A stretch of 64,000 bases of DNA from an uncultured Solirubrobacterales bacterium (GCA_963781495.1 CAWAFX010000002.1:912940-976939); one strand, 5' to 3'. Shown: positions 26,760 through 36,579, counted from the stretch's first letter. Numbers and translations: made by a program. The notes: generated by a model from the sequence alone, not told the origin.

Positions 26760-28970
26760 ATGGCCGCAGGTACCGCGCCGTCCGCCCAGCCGCGCTCGCC
26801 GGTCGAGCCACTAGCCTGCCTCGCGATGCGGGAGCTCTCAGCGCATCAATCCTCGCGGTGCCCGCCGCTCTTGACGTTGCTCTTGGTTGTCCTGCTCGCT
26901 TCCCCGGCCGGGGCGTCGGCCAATTACCTATGGGTCTCCCCGCGTGGCTCTGACGCCAACCGCGGCACCAAGGCGGCTCCGTTCGCCACATTGGGGCGAG
27001 CGCAGAAGGCAGTCCGGCAATCGCTTCGTCATCAGCCGAACGCAGATGTCGTCGTCATCCTGCGGGGTGGCGTCTATAGGTTGAAGGGACCCCTGAAGCT
27101 CAGCGCCCGCGACTCGGCGGGCCGTGGTCACGAGGTGGTCTTCCGCTCGTACAAGGGCGAACGGCCGCTGATATCGGGAGCCCTGCGCGTCCCCGGAACC
27201 GCCTGGTCTCTCTTCGACAGGGGAGCCAACATCTGGCGCGCTCGGGTTGGCAGGATCAAGACCCGCGAGCTGTACGTCAACGGTCAAAGGGAGAGTCTCG
27301 CTTCGACCGGCGCTTACCCGGCCGGCTTCTTGCCCAGCTGGAACAGCGGCGGGACCAACACCGGCATCGAGTACCTACCGAGCATCCAACCGAGCGGGCT
27401 CAACCCTGCCTCATGGGGCGATCCGACCAAGTGGACCAATGTCAGCGACATCGAGGCCGTGATCTTGACCCAGTGGAAGACGATGACCGTTCCGCTGCGC
27501 TCGATCACACCCGCCGTGGGATTGACCCCGGGCCTGCTGCAGATGGCCGAACCGGCCTGGAAGAACGCCAATCTCTTCCTTGGCTCCAACGGTCAACCAG
27601 GGATATGGAGCTTCTGGCAGGTGACCCGCTTCGAGAACGCCTACCAGTTTCTGGACTCGCCGGGTGAGTGGTATCTGGATCGACGTCGCGGCTGGCTTTA
27701 CTACATGCCTTTCCGCTGGCAGAACCTGAGGACCGCCGACGTCGAGGTACCCGTCCTCCAGTCCCTGATCCAGGGTCGAGGCAGCGCCAAGAAGCCGATT
27801 GCCAACGTCCAGTTCCGTGGGCTGACCTTCTCCTACGCGACCTGGCTGCAGCCGAGCGGCAAGAACGGCTACGTCTCCGACCAGGCGGGCTTCCATCTGG
27901 TGGGGAAGAACCATGAGCCGAACACGATCGGCCACGATCCCGACGACTCCGCCACTCCCGGCAATGTCTCGTTCCGTTTCGCCCACGGCGTCCGGTTCGT
28001 CGACGACTCCTTCCGGCACCTCGGGGCCGTCGGACTGGCATTCGGCACCGGCAGCCACCACACGCTCGTCAAGGGCAGCACCTTCACCGACGTCGGCTCC
28101 TCGGCGATCCAGCTCGGCGGGATCACGGCTGCTGATCACGACCCCAGGAACCGGGCACAGACGAGCCTCGCAAACACCCTCTCCGGAAACCTGATCTCCC
28201 ACGTCGCCTGGGAATATCCGGACGCGCCGGGCATCTTCGTCGGCTTTTCCAGCGGCACTAGAGTCATTCGCAACACGATCGAGGATGTTCCGTGGAGTGG
28301 GATCGCCCTCGGCTGGGGCTGGGGGCTGCTGGACCCGGGCGGCTTCCCGGGATTGCCGGGAGCCAGCCGCTACCAGTGGGGCAACTGGGAGGCGCCAACG
28401 CCGAACCGCAACAGCGTGGTCGCTGGCAACACGATTCGAGATTTCCTCGGCCTGCTCTGGGACGGGGGAGCCATCTACACCACCGGCTTCCAGGGGACCG
28501 GCCCTGAAAACGGCCTGCTCATCGAGGGCAACACCGCCTATGACAAACGCCCCAGCGCCGGCGGCAATACGTTCTATACCGACGGCGGCAGCCGCTACAT
28601 CACGATTTTGGGAAACGTCTCCTACGACGACCCGATCGGAACGACGAACTTCGGCCCACCGCCCCACAGCGGCGATCCCCTTCCCTATCCGAAGGCGCCC
28701 AGCGAAGGCAACGGACTACCGTACGGCTCCGACATCGGCGGCTGCGTCACCTATGGGGATATCGGATATGTGGGCAACTCCTGGTTCGAACCGCCGATGC
28801 AGTCCGACATGCAATTAAGCAACGACCTCTACGAGCTGATCTCCGGCGGCAAGCTCAAGCCCTATTCACCAGAGGGCTTCTTCGATATCTGCCCCTACAC
28901 CGATCAGGGCATCAGCTACCCGACCAACCTGTCCTTCTCGGGAAATACCGTCCAGCCGGACACGCCCTGA
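26760..28970 (+). CDS. secreted right-handed parallel beta-helix (pectin-lyase-fold) protein
   Basis: 736 aa. It has a signal peptide LLTLLLVVLLASPAGASA, with an alternative start at ATG 26826. The N-terminal YLWVSPRGSDANRGTKAAPFATLGRAQKAV cap is typical of beta-helix proteins. It also has repeated G-x-N/D-x-hydrophobic turns and visibly more A/T-ending codons than its neighbours. Confidence 0.8.
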   Translation: MAAGTAPSAQPRSPVEPLACLAMRELSAHQSSRCPPLLTLLLVVLLASPAGASANYLWVSPRGSDANRGTKAAPFATLGRAQKAVRQSLRHQPNADVVVILRGGVYRLKGPLKLSARDSAGRGHEVVFRSYKGERPLISGALRVPGTAWSLFDRGANIWRARVGRIKTRELYVNGQRESLASTGAYPAGFLPSWNSGGTNTGIEYLPSIQPSGLNPASWGDPTKWTNVSDIEAVILTQWKTMTVPLRSITPAVGLTPGLLQMAEPAWKNANLFLGSNGQPGIWSFWQVTRFENAYQFLDSPGEWYLDRRRGWLYYMPFRWQNLRTADVEVPVLQSLIQGRGSAKKPIANVQFRGLTFSYATWLQPSGKNGYVSDQAGFHLVGKNHEPNTIGHDPDDSATPGNVSFRFAHGVRFVDDSFRHLGAVGLAFGTGSHHTLVKGSTFTDVGSSAIQLGGITAADHDPRNRAQTSLANTLSGNLISHVAWEYPDAPGIFVGFSSGTRVIRNTIEDVPWSGIALGWGWGLLDPGGFPGLPGASRYQWGNWEAPTPNRNSVVAGNTIRDFLGLLWDGGAIYTTGFQGTGPENGLLIEGNTAYDKRPSAGGNTFYTDGGSRYITILGNVSYDDPIGTTNFGPPPHSGDPLPYPKAPSEGNGLPYGSDIGGCVTYGDIGYVGNSWFEPPMQSDMQLSNDLYELISGGKLKPYSPEGFFDICPYTDQGISYPTNLSFSGNTVQPDTP

Positions 28971-29021
28971 GCATCGCGAACTACGCGAGCTATATCCGCG
29001 TAATCACGGCAGGTGAGAGAA

Positions 29022-29063
29022 CGGGAGCGAAGGGACTCGAACCCTCGGCCGCCGGCTTGACAG
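29022..29063 (-). other. tRNA 3'-half-like fragment (anticodon-loop CTGTCAA to acceptor CGCTCCC-G; Asp-GTC-like), non-functional
   Basis: The minus strand reads CTGTCAAG-CCGG-CGGCC-GAGGG-TTCGAGT-CCCTT-CGCTCCC-G. It has a good T arm and acceptor 3' strand, but no complementary 5' half upstream. Confidence 0.5.
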
Positions 29064-29177
29064 GAGCGCTGAGAAGGGTGGCAGAGAGGGACCGTTCTCC
29101 CCATTACCAAGCGTCGAGGGCTCTGATTGGGCACTATTGGGCACTGGAGCCGATATCAGGCTTCCAGAGGCCGGAGA

Positions 29178-29251
<74 letters not shown>

Positions 29252-29288
29252 GGGCGACGGCCGATCATAGCGGCGGTCCGAGGGCGGA

Positions 29289-30164
29289 TCAGGCCGCGCG
29301 GCGGCGCTTCAGCCGCCGCGCCATCGCGAGCAGCTCGTCGAGGTCGTCGAAGCGGATCTCGGCCCGGATCTGGGTCCCGCGCACGCCGATCTTGACCGCC
29401 TGCCCGAGCTCCGCCTCGAGCTGGTCCTCGGCCTCCTGCAGCGCTTCCCGCAGCTCGGGCTCGAGCGCGGTGCGGGCTCGTTTGGAGGGGCCTCCCCTTC
29501 CCGGCTGGCTGGCCAGCTTGGCCCGGTTCTCGGTCTCGCGGACCGACCATCCGCCCGCCGCCGCGTCGCGGGCCAGCTGCCGCCGCGAGTCGTTGCCCCG
29601 CAGCTGCAGGATTGCCCGCCCGTGGCCCTCGCTGAGCTCGCCGCGGCGCAGCATCTCGAGCGCCTCATCGGGCAGGTCGAGCAGCCGGATCAGGTTCGAG
29701 ATCGCAGAGCGGCTGCGGCCGACCCGGCGCCCGACCTCCTCCTTCGAGAGTCCGAGCTCTTCGACCAGCGCCGCGCAGGCCTGCGCCTCCTCGACCGGGT
29801 TGAGGTCCTCGCGGACCATGTTCTCGACCAGCGCCGTCTGCAGGCGCTCGGCCTCGTCGGACTCCCGCACCACCGCCGGCACGCGGTCCAGCCCGACCTG
29901 CTGCGCCGCCCGCCAGCGGCGCTCGCCGGCGATCAGCTCGTAGCTGCCGTCGGCGAGGGGGCGGACCAGCAGCGGCTGGATCAGGCCGCTGGCGTTGATC
30001 GAGGCGACGAGGACGTCCATCGACTCGGGATCGAAGCGGCGCCGCGGCTGGTTGGGGTTGGGCTTGATCAGCTCGATCGGCAGCTCGCGCAGCTCGTCCT
30101 CGCTCGCCGGCGCATCGGGGAGGATCGCCGCCAGCCCGCGGCCGATGCCGCGCCGCTCGCTCAC
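29289..30164 (-). CDS. parB: chromosome partitioning protein ParB
   Basis: 291 aa with GRGLAAIL, IKPNPNQPRR and GLIQPLLVRP boxes and an HTH. It overlaps parA by 4 nt. Confidence 0.9.
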   Translation of the reverse strand: MSERRGIGRGLAAILPDAPASEDELRELPIELIKPNPNQPRRRFDPESMDVLVASINASGLIQPLLVRPLADGSYELIAGERRWRAAQQVGLDRVPAVVRESDEAERLQTALVENMVREDLNPVEEAQACAALVEELGLSKEEVGRRVGRSRSAISNLIRLLDLPDEALEMLRRGELSEGHGRAILQLRGNDSRRQLARDAAAGGWSVRETENRAKLASQPGRGGPSKRARTALEPELREALQEAEDQLEAELGQAVKIGVRGTQIRAEIRFDDLDELLAMARRLKRRRAA

Positions 30165-30955
30165 GCCGCCTCCTCGACCGCTGCCGCGTCGCGTCCCCGT
30201 TCCCGGGCGACGATCTCCGCCGCCAGGGCGCGGTAGGCCAGCGCGCCGCGCGACTCCGGGGCGTGGACGATCACCGGCTCGCCGTAGCTCGGCGCCTCGG
30301 CCAGCTTGACGCTGCGGGGAATGACGGTTTCGAACACCAGCTCTCCGAAGTGATCGCGCAGCTCCCGCTCGACGTCGACCGAGAGGCGAGTGCGCTCGTC
30401 GTGCATGGTGATGATCAGACCCGACAGCTCCAGGGACGGGTTCAGCTGCCGCCGCACCAGACCCAGGGTGTCGAGGAACTGGACCAGTCCCTCGAGCGCC
30501 AGGTACTCGGCCTGAACCGGGACGATCACGCGGTCGGCGGCGGCAAGCGCGTTGACGGCCACCGGGCCCAGCGAGGGAGGGCAGTCGAGCAGGGTGAAGC
30601 GGAAGCGCTCGCGGACCGGGCCCAGCCGCTCGCGCAGCGAGGTCTCGGAGCGCTCGATTCGCGGCAGCTCCACCGCCGCCCCGGCGAGGTCGGCGCTGGC
30701 CGGGACCAGCCAGAGGTTGTCGGGACCGGCAGGGCGCGCCGCCTCGGCGACCGAGACCTCGCCGCAGAGGCAGTCATAGGAGGAGGGACTTGCGTTGCGG
30801 TCGATCCCCAGGGCGACGGTCGCGTTGCACTGCTGGTCGAGGTCGACGAGCAGGGTCTGGGCGCCGCCGTCGGCGGCGCAGGCGGCGAGGTTGATCGCCG
30901 TGGTCGTCTTGCCGACCCCGCCCTTCTGATTCGAGATCGCGTAGACGGCACCCAT
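30161..30955 (-). CDS. parA: chromosome partitioning ATPase ParA/Soj
   Basis: 264 aa with the deviant Walker A NQKGGVGKTTT. Confidence 0.9.
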   Translation of the reverse strand: MGAVYAISNQKGGVGKTTTAINLAACAADGGAQTLLVDLDQQCNATVALGIDRNASPSSYDCLCGEVSVAEAARPAGPDNLWLVPASADLAGAAVELPRIERSETSLRERLGPVRERFRFTLLDCPPSLGPVAVNALAAADRVIVPVQAEYLALEGLVQFLDTLGLVRRQLNPSLELSGLIITMHDERTRLSVDVERELRDHFGELVFETVIPRSVKLAEAPSYGEPVIVHAPESRGALAYRALAAEIVARERGRDAAAVEEAA

Positions 30956-30966
30956 CCGGACCCAGC

Positions 30967-31701
30967 CTAGCCAGCGGCTCGGCGACCGCCGAAGGGGCGC
31001 TTCTTCGCCATTCCCGCTCGCCGCGGCAAATCCTCCGGCGTCGGGCCGGACTTGCGCATTACGTGCAGGTGGCGGTGGCGACTGCCGGCGTAGGGGCCGA
31101 CCTCCAGCACCGCCTCGGGGCGCATCGTCAGCCGCTCGGCCGCTGCCGCCAGCTCCTCTTCCTCCTGCGGATCGCGGCGCCCCTTCCAGGCGACCAGGAC
31201 TCCTCCGTCGCGCAGCAGCGGCGCCGCCAGCTCGGCCAGGGTCGACAGGCGCCCGACGGCGCGGGCGGTGACCGCGTCGTAGGCCTCCCGGCCGCCCTGC
31301 GGCGGCGCCTCGGCGGACCAGCTCTCGGCGCGCTCGTTGACCGCCCTTGCGTTCGCGAGTTCGGCGGCGGCGATCGCGCGGCGGATGAAGTCGGCCTTGC
31401 GAGCCACCGACTCGATCAGGTCGAGCTGGGCGGCGGGCAGCGCCGCGGCGAGCACCAGACCGGGAAAGCCGGCCCCGGCGCCGACGTCGGCGATCCTGGT
31501 GGCGGCGGCGAGGCCGGGGACGACCAGGCCGCTGAGGCTGTCGGCGACATGGACCCTCCAGGCACGCTGCGGCTCGGTGACCGAGCTGACCGAGCTGCGC
31601 TCGGCCTGGAGCAGATCAAGGACCTGCTTGACCGCCTCGCGCGCCTCCGGATCGAGCTCGAGCCGCCGCGCCGGCCCCGGCGCCGCCTGCTCTCCGTTCA
31701 C
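30967..31701 (-). CDS. rsmG: 16S rRNA (guanine527-N7)-methyltransferase RsmG
   Basis: 244 aa with DVGAGAGFPGLVLA and LIESVARKADF motifs, in the conserved position next to parA. Confidence 0.85.
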   Translation of the reverse strand: MNGEQAAPGPARRLELDPEAREAVKQVLDLLQAERSSVSSVTEPQRAWRVHVADSLSGLVVPGLAAATRIADVGAGAGFPGLVLAAALPAAQLDLIESVARKADFIRRAIAAAELANARAVNERAESWSAEAPPQGGREAYDAVTARAVGRLSTLAELAAPLLRDGGVLVAWKGRRDPQEEEELAAAAERLTMRPEAVLEVGPYAGSRHRHLHVMRKSGPTPEDLPRRAGMAKKRPFGGRRAAG

Positions 31702-32177
31702 TCCGCGAGCAGCGGCGCGACGACGACAAAGCGATTGGGCTCGGTGCCCTCGCTGTAGGTCTCGACCTCGGGGCGCTCCTTGAGCCGCTCGTGCACGACG
31801 CGGCGCTCGGGAGAGCTCATCGCGTCGAGCTCCACCGGGTGCGACGTGCTCAGCGCTTCCTCGGCGGCCCGGTCGGCCCGCCCCTCCAGCGCCTCTCGCC
31901 GGCGCTCGCGGTAGCCGGCGGCGTCGACCATCACCCGCTTGCGCTCCAGGATGCCGCGAAAGGCGGCCTGGTAGCAGAGCAGTTGCAGGGCGTCGATCGT
32001 CTGCCCGCGGCGGCCGATCAGCAGTCCATAGTCGTCGTCGCCGTCGACAACGGCGAGGATCTCGTCATCGTCCTCGCGGATCTCCACCTCGCCCTCGATG
32101 TCGAGCTCGTCAAGTACCCGTTCGAGGACCAAGCGCACGCGCTCGGCGGGCTGGTCGGGCATCGACTCCGGGCTCAC
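31698..32177 (-). CDS. Jag/KhpB-type KH-R3H RNA-binding protein
   Basis: 159 aa with a KH-like LLIGRRGQTIDALQ segment and an R3H-like ERRVVHERL segment, in the conserved position after yidC. Confidence 0.8.
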   Translation of the reverse strand: MSPESMPDQPAERVRLVLERVLDELDIEGEVEIREDDDEILAVVDGDDDYGLLIGRRGQTIDALQLLCYQAAFRGILERKRVMVDAAGYRERRREALEGRADRAAEEALSTSHPVELDAMSSPERRVVHERLKERPEVETYSEGTEPNRFVVVAPLLAE

Positions 32178-32208
32178 GGGCGCAGTCTAATAACGCGGGC
32201 CCGCTGGG

Positions 32209-32961
32209 CTAGCGGCGCTTCTTGCGCTTGCGCGGCGGTGGTGGCGGCGGTTTCGCCGCCTTCGCTTCGGCCGGGGTCGGAACCGGCGGCGCGGGCACGA
32301 TCCTCTGAATCACCATCGACTGGCCGATCGTCCAGACGTTGGTCGTGATCCAGTAGAGGATCAGCCCGGCCGGGAAGCCGATGATGATCGGGACGAAGAT
32401 CAACGGCAGGATGAACATCATCGCCCGCTGCTGGGTGTCGGCGGTCACCATCATCACCAGCGACGAGCCCAACATCGTCGCGATGTAGAGCGCGAGCAGC
32501 ACGATCAGCACGCTGCCGGTCGCCTTCGCGGTGAGGTCGGGGATGAACCAGAACGACGCCTGGCTGCCGCAGTGCCCGGCCTGGCAGCCGATGTCGGACG
32601 GCAGCTCGTGGCGCAGCACATAGAAGAGGGTGATGAAGACCGGCAGCTGCGCGATCAGCGGGATGCAGGAGGCGAAGGGGTTGACCTTGTTCTCCTGGTA
32701 GAAGCGCATCATCTCCTGCTGCATGCGCTGGCGGTCGTTCTTGTACTTCGCCTGCAGCTCCTTGAGCTCCGGCTGCAGCGCCTGCAGCGCCCGCATCCCC
32801 TTCAGCTGCTTGTAGGTGAGCGGGATCAGCACCGCCCGGGTGGCGAAGGTCAGCGCGATGATCGAGAAACCCCAGCTCAACCCCACGTTGTCGTGGAAGA
32901 ACTGCAGGACCGAGTTGGCGACGTCGATCAGCGGCTGGAGGATGTTCGCCTCGGGGATCAA
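32209..32961 (-). CDS. yidC: membrane protein insertase YidC (short Gram-positive type)
   Basis: 250 aa with the PL..KQ.K.M..LQP.....Q.KYK motif region and 5 TMs. Confidence 0.9.
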   Translation of the reverse strand: MIPEANILQPLIDVANSVLQFFHDNVGLSWGFSIIALTFATRAVLIPLTYKQLKGMRALQALQPELKELQAKYKNDRQRMQQEMMRFYQENKVNPFASCIPLIAQLPVFITLFYVLRHELPSDIGCQAGHCGSQASFWFIPDLTAKATGSVLIVLLALYIATMLGSSLVMMVTADTQQRAMMFILPLIFVPIIIGFPAGLILYWITTNVWTIGQSMVIQRIVPAPPVPTPAEAKAAKPPPPPPRKRKKRR

Positions 32962-33230
32962 GTGCTTGCCTCACCGTGGTATACGGACGGATCGAGCGGC
33001 CGGTTGCGCAGGGTGAAGCGCTGCGGGACCGGATCGAACCCCCCGTGGCTGAACGGGTTGCAGCGCAGCAGCCGCCAGGCGGCGAGGATCGCGCCCCGCA
33101 GGGGGCCAAAGCGGCGGATCGCGGTCACCGCGTAGGCCGAGCAGGTGGGCTCATAGCGGCAGCGGCGACCGAAGGCAGGCGAGATCCGGCGCTGATATCC
33201 GCGCAGCAGGAAGAGCAGCGACCGTTTCAC
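32958..33230 (-). CDS. yidD: membrane protein insertion efficiency factor YidD
   Basis: 90 aa with YQRRISP...[11 protein letters not shown]...[14 protein letters not shown]. Confidence 0.85.
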   Translation of the reverse strand: MKRSLLFLLRGYQRRISPAFGRRCRYEPTCSAYAVTAIRRFGPLRGAILAAWRLLRCNPFSHGGFDPVPQRFTLRNRPLDPSVYHGEAST

Positions 33231-33613
33231 GTCAAACGGTCCTTCTCGGGGCTGAGATCCAGCGCCTCGCGCAGCGAGTGCTCGACGCCCTTCGTGCCAT
33301 CGCGCTCCCAGAGGGAGGAGATCTCGGCCCTGGCGACGAGCACGAAGTCGTGGCCCTGCGGCAGCTCGGATTCGAGGCTCCAGAAGGCCTCCCGCAGGGC
33401 TCGCTTTATGCGGTTGCGATCCACGGCGCCGCCGACCTTGCGCCCGACCGAGACCCCGAGCCGGGGCTCGCCCCTCTGCTCCTCGGAGCGCGGGAAGTTG
33501 TAGACGACGAGGAAGCGGTTGGCCTGCGAGGACCCCTCGCGGTAGACGCGGTCGAACTCGCCGCTGCGCGACAGGCGGCGCCGCTTGCGCGCGCCTGCGT
33601 CCCCGGAGGCCAT
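33227..33613 (-). CDS. rnpA: ribonuclease P protein component
   Basis: 128 aa from MASGDAG, with [21 protein letters not shown] (the RNR motif). The track ORF's longer N-terminus is rejected because rpmH occupies that DNA. Confidence 0.85.
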   Translation of the reverse strand: MASGDAGARKRRRLSRSGEFDRVYREGSSQANRFLVVYNFPRSEEQRGEPRLGVSVGRKVGGAVDRNRIKRALREAFWSLESELPQGHDFVLVARAEISSLWERDGTKGVEHSLREALDLSPEKDRLT

Positions 33614-33615
33614 GT

Positions 33616-33750
33616 TCAGGGCGTGAGGCGCTTTCGGCCCTTGCGGCGCCGGCGCTTCAGGATCGAGCGTCCACCGCGCGTGCGCATCCGGGCTCGGAAT
33701 CCGTGGGTCCGGGCGCGCTTGCGCTTCTTTGGCTGGTAGGTCCGCTTCAT
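33616..33750 (-). CDS. rpmH: 50S ribosomal protein L34
   Basis: Hand-translated 44 aa: [44 protein letters not shown]. Below the ORF-track cutoff. Confidence 0.95.
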   Translation of the reverse strand: MKRTYQPKKRKRARTHGFRARMRTRGGRSILKRRRRKGRKRLTP

Positions 33751-33969
33751 GGCCTCGGTCCGGCGCCAGTATACGGTCCGCTCCGTCGCGGTCGCCGGGG
33801 GCGGTCGGGGGCGATTCCGGGCGCCGCGACGTTTTCAGCGCGAATTGCGAAGGACCGTCTTGCAGGCGCTTGGGCGTCGGCGTAACGTGCGCGCCGCTCC
33901 GCGGTGGCAGCGGCAGTGCCCGCACCGGTGCCGCAGCCATCAACCGCCCATGAGAGGGGTCGACTCGAG

Positions 33970-35343
33970 GTGCCGCAAGTTCCAGATCAGCCGACCTCCA
34001 AGCAGCTGGGTGACGACCACACCCCCGGCGCCGTCGAGGGGGACCTCGGCTCGATCTGGCAGGCCGTCAGCGAGCGCCTGCGGGCCTCGGTTCCCGACGC
34101 CACCTTCAGGCTCTGGCTCGAGCCCCTGCAGCCGGCCAGGACGCAGGCCCAGACCCTCTACATAAAGGCGCCGGCGGGAATCCGCACCTGGGTGGAGCGC
34201 CGCTACGCGGGGCTGATCAGCCAGGCCGTGAGCCAGGTCGCGCCCGGCCTGCGCGAGGTCAGCTTCGGCGCTCCAGAGCCAGATCTGGGCTCCGCCGTCG
34301 GCCCTGCCCTAACCCTGAACCCCAGCTATACCTTCGAGCGCTTCGTGATCGGCGAGGGCAACCGCCTCGCCCACGCCGCCGCCCTCTCGGTCGCCGAAGC
34401 CCCGGCTGAGGCCTACAACCCCCTCTTCCTGCACGGCCCGCCCGGGCTCGGCAAGACCCACCTGCTGGCGGCGATCGCCAACTACCTGCGCAGCACCGAC
34501 GCCGGTCTCGAGGTCCGCTACACGACCGCGGAGGCGTTCACGACCGAGTTCGTGACCGCGCTGCACGCCTCCGGCTCAGAGACCTTCAAGCACCGCTACC
34601 GCGACATCGACGTGCTGCTGATCGACGACGTCCAGTTCCTCGAGGGCAAGCGCCACACCGAAGAGGAGTTCTTCCACACCTTCAACGCGCTCTATGAGTC
34701 CGGCAGCCAGCTGGTTCTCTCCGCCGATCGGATCCCCAGCGAGCTGTCGACCCTCGCCGAGCGCCTCCGCGACCGCTTCGAGTGGGGCCTGACCGTCGCC
34801 GTCGAGCCCCCAAACCTGGCGACACGGCTGATCGTCCTGCGGCGCCTGGTCCGTGAGGCCGGGGTCGAGGTTGCGGACGCCGAGGCGCTAGGGGAGCTGG
34901 CGCGGCGTATCGACGCCAACATCCGCCAGCTCCACGGCGCCCTGACCCGGGTCATCGCCCACGCCTCGCTGCGGGCGCGCCCGTTGACCTCCGATCTGGT
35001 CGAGGAAGTGATTCCGCGTCGGGCTGCGCCGCAGCCGACCAAGATCGAGTCGATCCAAAACGCCGTCGCCGGCCGCTTCGATCTCGACCTCTCCTCACTC
35101 ACCGGACCGAGTCGCGCCGCGGAGCCATTGCGGGCGCGCCAGCTGGCGATCTACCTCTGCCGCGAGATGACCGACCTCTCGCTGCCGCAGATCGGGCGCG
35201 AGTTCGGCGGTCGCGATCACGCTACGGTGCTGAACGCGATCCGCCGCGTCGAGGAACGCGAACGGGCCGGGGATTCCGAGACCTGCCGCCGGCTCGAGGA
35301 GCTGCGGAAAGAAATCCACAGCTCCCATCCCGCGGCCGCTTGA
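33970..35343 (+). CDS. dnaA: chromosomal replication initiator DnaA
   Basis: It has Walker A GPPGLGKTHL, DDVQFL, the sensor regions and C-terminal domain IV (HATVLNAIRRVE). The GTG at 33970 lies 10 nt after GAGAGGGG. The longest ORF would start at 33904. Confidence 0.9.
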   Translation: MPQVPDQPTSKQLGDDHTPGAVEGDLGSIWQAVSERLRASVPDATFRLWLEPLQPARTQAQTLYIKAPAGIRTWVERRYAGLISQAVSQVAPGLREVSFGAPEPDLGSAVGPALTLNPSYTFERFVIGEGNRLAHAAALSVAEAPAEAYNPLFLHGPPGLGKTHLLAAIANYLRSTDAGLEVRYTTAEAFTTEFVTALHASGSETFKHRYRDIDVLLIDDVQFLEGKRHTEEEFFHTFNALYESGSQLVLSADRIPSELSTLAERLRDRFEWGLTVAVEPPNLATRLIVLRRLVREAGVEVADAEALGELARRIDANIRQLHGALTRVIAHASLRARPLTSDLVEEVIPRRAAPQPTKIESIQNAVAGRFDLDLSSLTGPSRAAEPLRARQLAIYLCREMTDLSLPQIGREFGGRDHATVLNAIRRVEERERAGDSETCRRLEELRKEIHSSHPAAA

Positions 35344-35463
35344 CGGCCGTCGCCGTTGTAAGAATCCATCCCCCGCCCACAGCTTCCCTTTCCCATTCCA
35401 AAGCGCAAAACCAGCGTCATCCACAGAATCCACAGCCATAAACACCACTAAAAGAACTTCATT
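35344..35463. promoter_or_regulatory. putative oriC core: DnaA boxes plus AT-rich unwinding element
   Basis: Tandem TCATCCACA (35417-35425) and GAATCCACA (35426-35434) are present, with weaker GAATCCATC (35362-35370) and CCGCCCACA. They are followed by the most AT-rich stretch of the window (ccataaacaccactaaaagaacttcattttgaaag). Confidence 0.65.
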
Positions 35464-36570
35464 TTGAAAGTCAGTACTCAAAGGCAAGAGCTCGTCAACC
35501 GACTTCAGGTCGTCGGCAGAGCTGTCTCCACCCGGGCGACGACACAAGCGCTGGGCGGCATCCTGATCACCAGTCAGGGCAGCAAGCTCACGCTTCGCGC
35601 CACCGACCTCGAGATGGGCCTGCAGACCGAGCTCGACGGCGAGGTCGACGGCGACGGGACCGTGCTGCTGCCCGGCCGGCAGCTGGTCGAGGTGGCGCGC
35701 TCGCTCGGGGTCGACGACGTAACGCTGGAGACTCGCGACGCCGAGCGCGACGTCGAGCTGCGCTCCGGCAGCGCTGTCTTTCACCTCCGCACCCTGCCCA
35801 GCGAGGACTTTCCCTCCTTCCCGGTGTCGAGCAGCGAGCCGCTGCGGATTCCCGCCGACGTCTTTTCCTCGACGATCGACATCGTCGCCCGCGCTGCCTC
35901 GCGCGACGACATGCGGCCGGTCTTGACCGGCACCCTGGTCAAAGCCGCCGACCGCGAGATGACGATGGTGGCGACCGACTCCTACCGGCTCAGTGTCAAG
36001 CGCACCGAGCTCGAGGCCGAGGTCGGGGGCGAGCTGGAAGCCAACGTCCCGGCCCGGGCGCTGCGCGAGCTGGCCCGGATCCTGGTCGGCGAGGAGGCGG
36101 AGACGGTGGAGATCTCGCTGCTGCCCAACCAGGCGGTGTTCGCGAGCGGCCGGGTGGTGCTGACGACCCGCCTGATCGAGGGCCAGTTCCCCAACCACGA
36201 GCAGCTGCTGCCGGAGTCCTTCGAGCACGACGTGCGCCTGCCGCGCGAGGAGTTCCTCGAGGTCACGCGGCGGGTCAGCCAGCTTGCTCAGCGCAACGCC
36301 CCGCTGCGGCTGTCCTTCAAGCCGGGGGAGCTGACCGTGGCGGCCGAGACGCCGGAGATCGGCGACGCGACCGAGACGATGCCGGCCGCCTTCGAGGGCG
36401 AGCCGCTGGAGATCGGCTTCAACCCCGAGTTCCTCAAGGACGGGATCGACAGCGTCCAGGGCGACGAGCTGCTGCTGCGCTTGATCTCGCCGCTGCGGCC
36501 CGGGCTCCTGCAGCCGGGGGAGGGCGAGGACTTCCGCTACCTGGTGATGCCGATCAGGCTCAACGTCTAG
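35464..36570 (+). CDS. dnaN: DNA polymerase III beta sliding clamp
   Basis: 368 aa with a TTG start. It has the three-domain clamp and ends LVMPIRL. Confidence 0.9.
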   Translation: MKVSTQRQELVNRLQVVGRAVSTRATTQALGGILITSQGSKLTLRATDLEMGLQTELDGEVDGDGTVLLPGRQLVEVARSLGVDDVTLETRDAERDVELRSGSAVFHLRTLPSEDFPSFPVSSSEPLRIPADVFSSTIDIVARAASRDDMRPVLTGTLVKAADREMTMVATDSYRLSVKRTELEAEVGGELEANVPARALRELARILVGEEAETVEISLLPNQAVFASGRVVLTTRLIEGQFPNHEQLLPESFEHDVRLPREEFLEVTRRVSQLAQRNAPLRLSFKPGELTVAAETPEIGDATETMPAAFEGEPLEIGFNPEFLKDGIDSVQGDELLLRLISPLRPGLLQPGEGEDFRYLVMPIRLNV

Positions 36571-36579
36571 CTGAGGCTA

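Noticed and set aside
29022-29110. Possible complete tRNA (Asp, Ser or Sec type) or tmRNA-like gene.
   Set aside because: No 5' acceptor strand complementary to CGCTCCC is present, no D arm can be drawn and the anticodon stem does not pair. Only the T arm and 3' acceptor are tRNA-like.
26544-29177. Search for an integrase, excisionase or transposase inside the islet, and anywhere else in the window.
   Set aside because: No ORF in any frame shows tyrosine-recombinase (R..HxxR..Y), serine-recombinase or DDE-type motifs. The only substantial ORF is the beta-helix protein.
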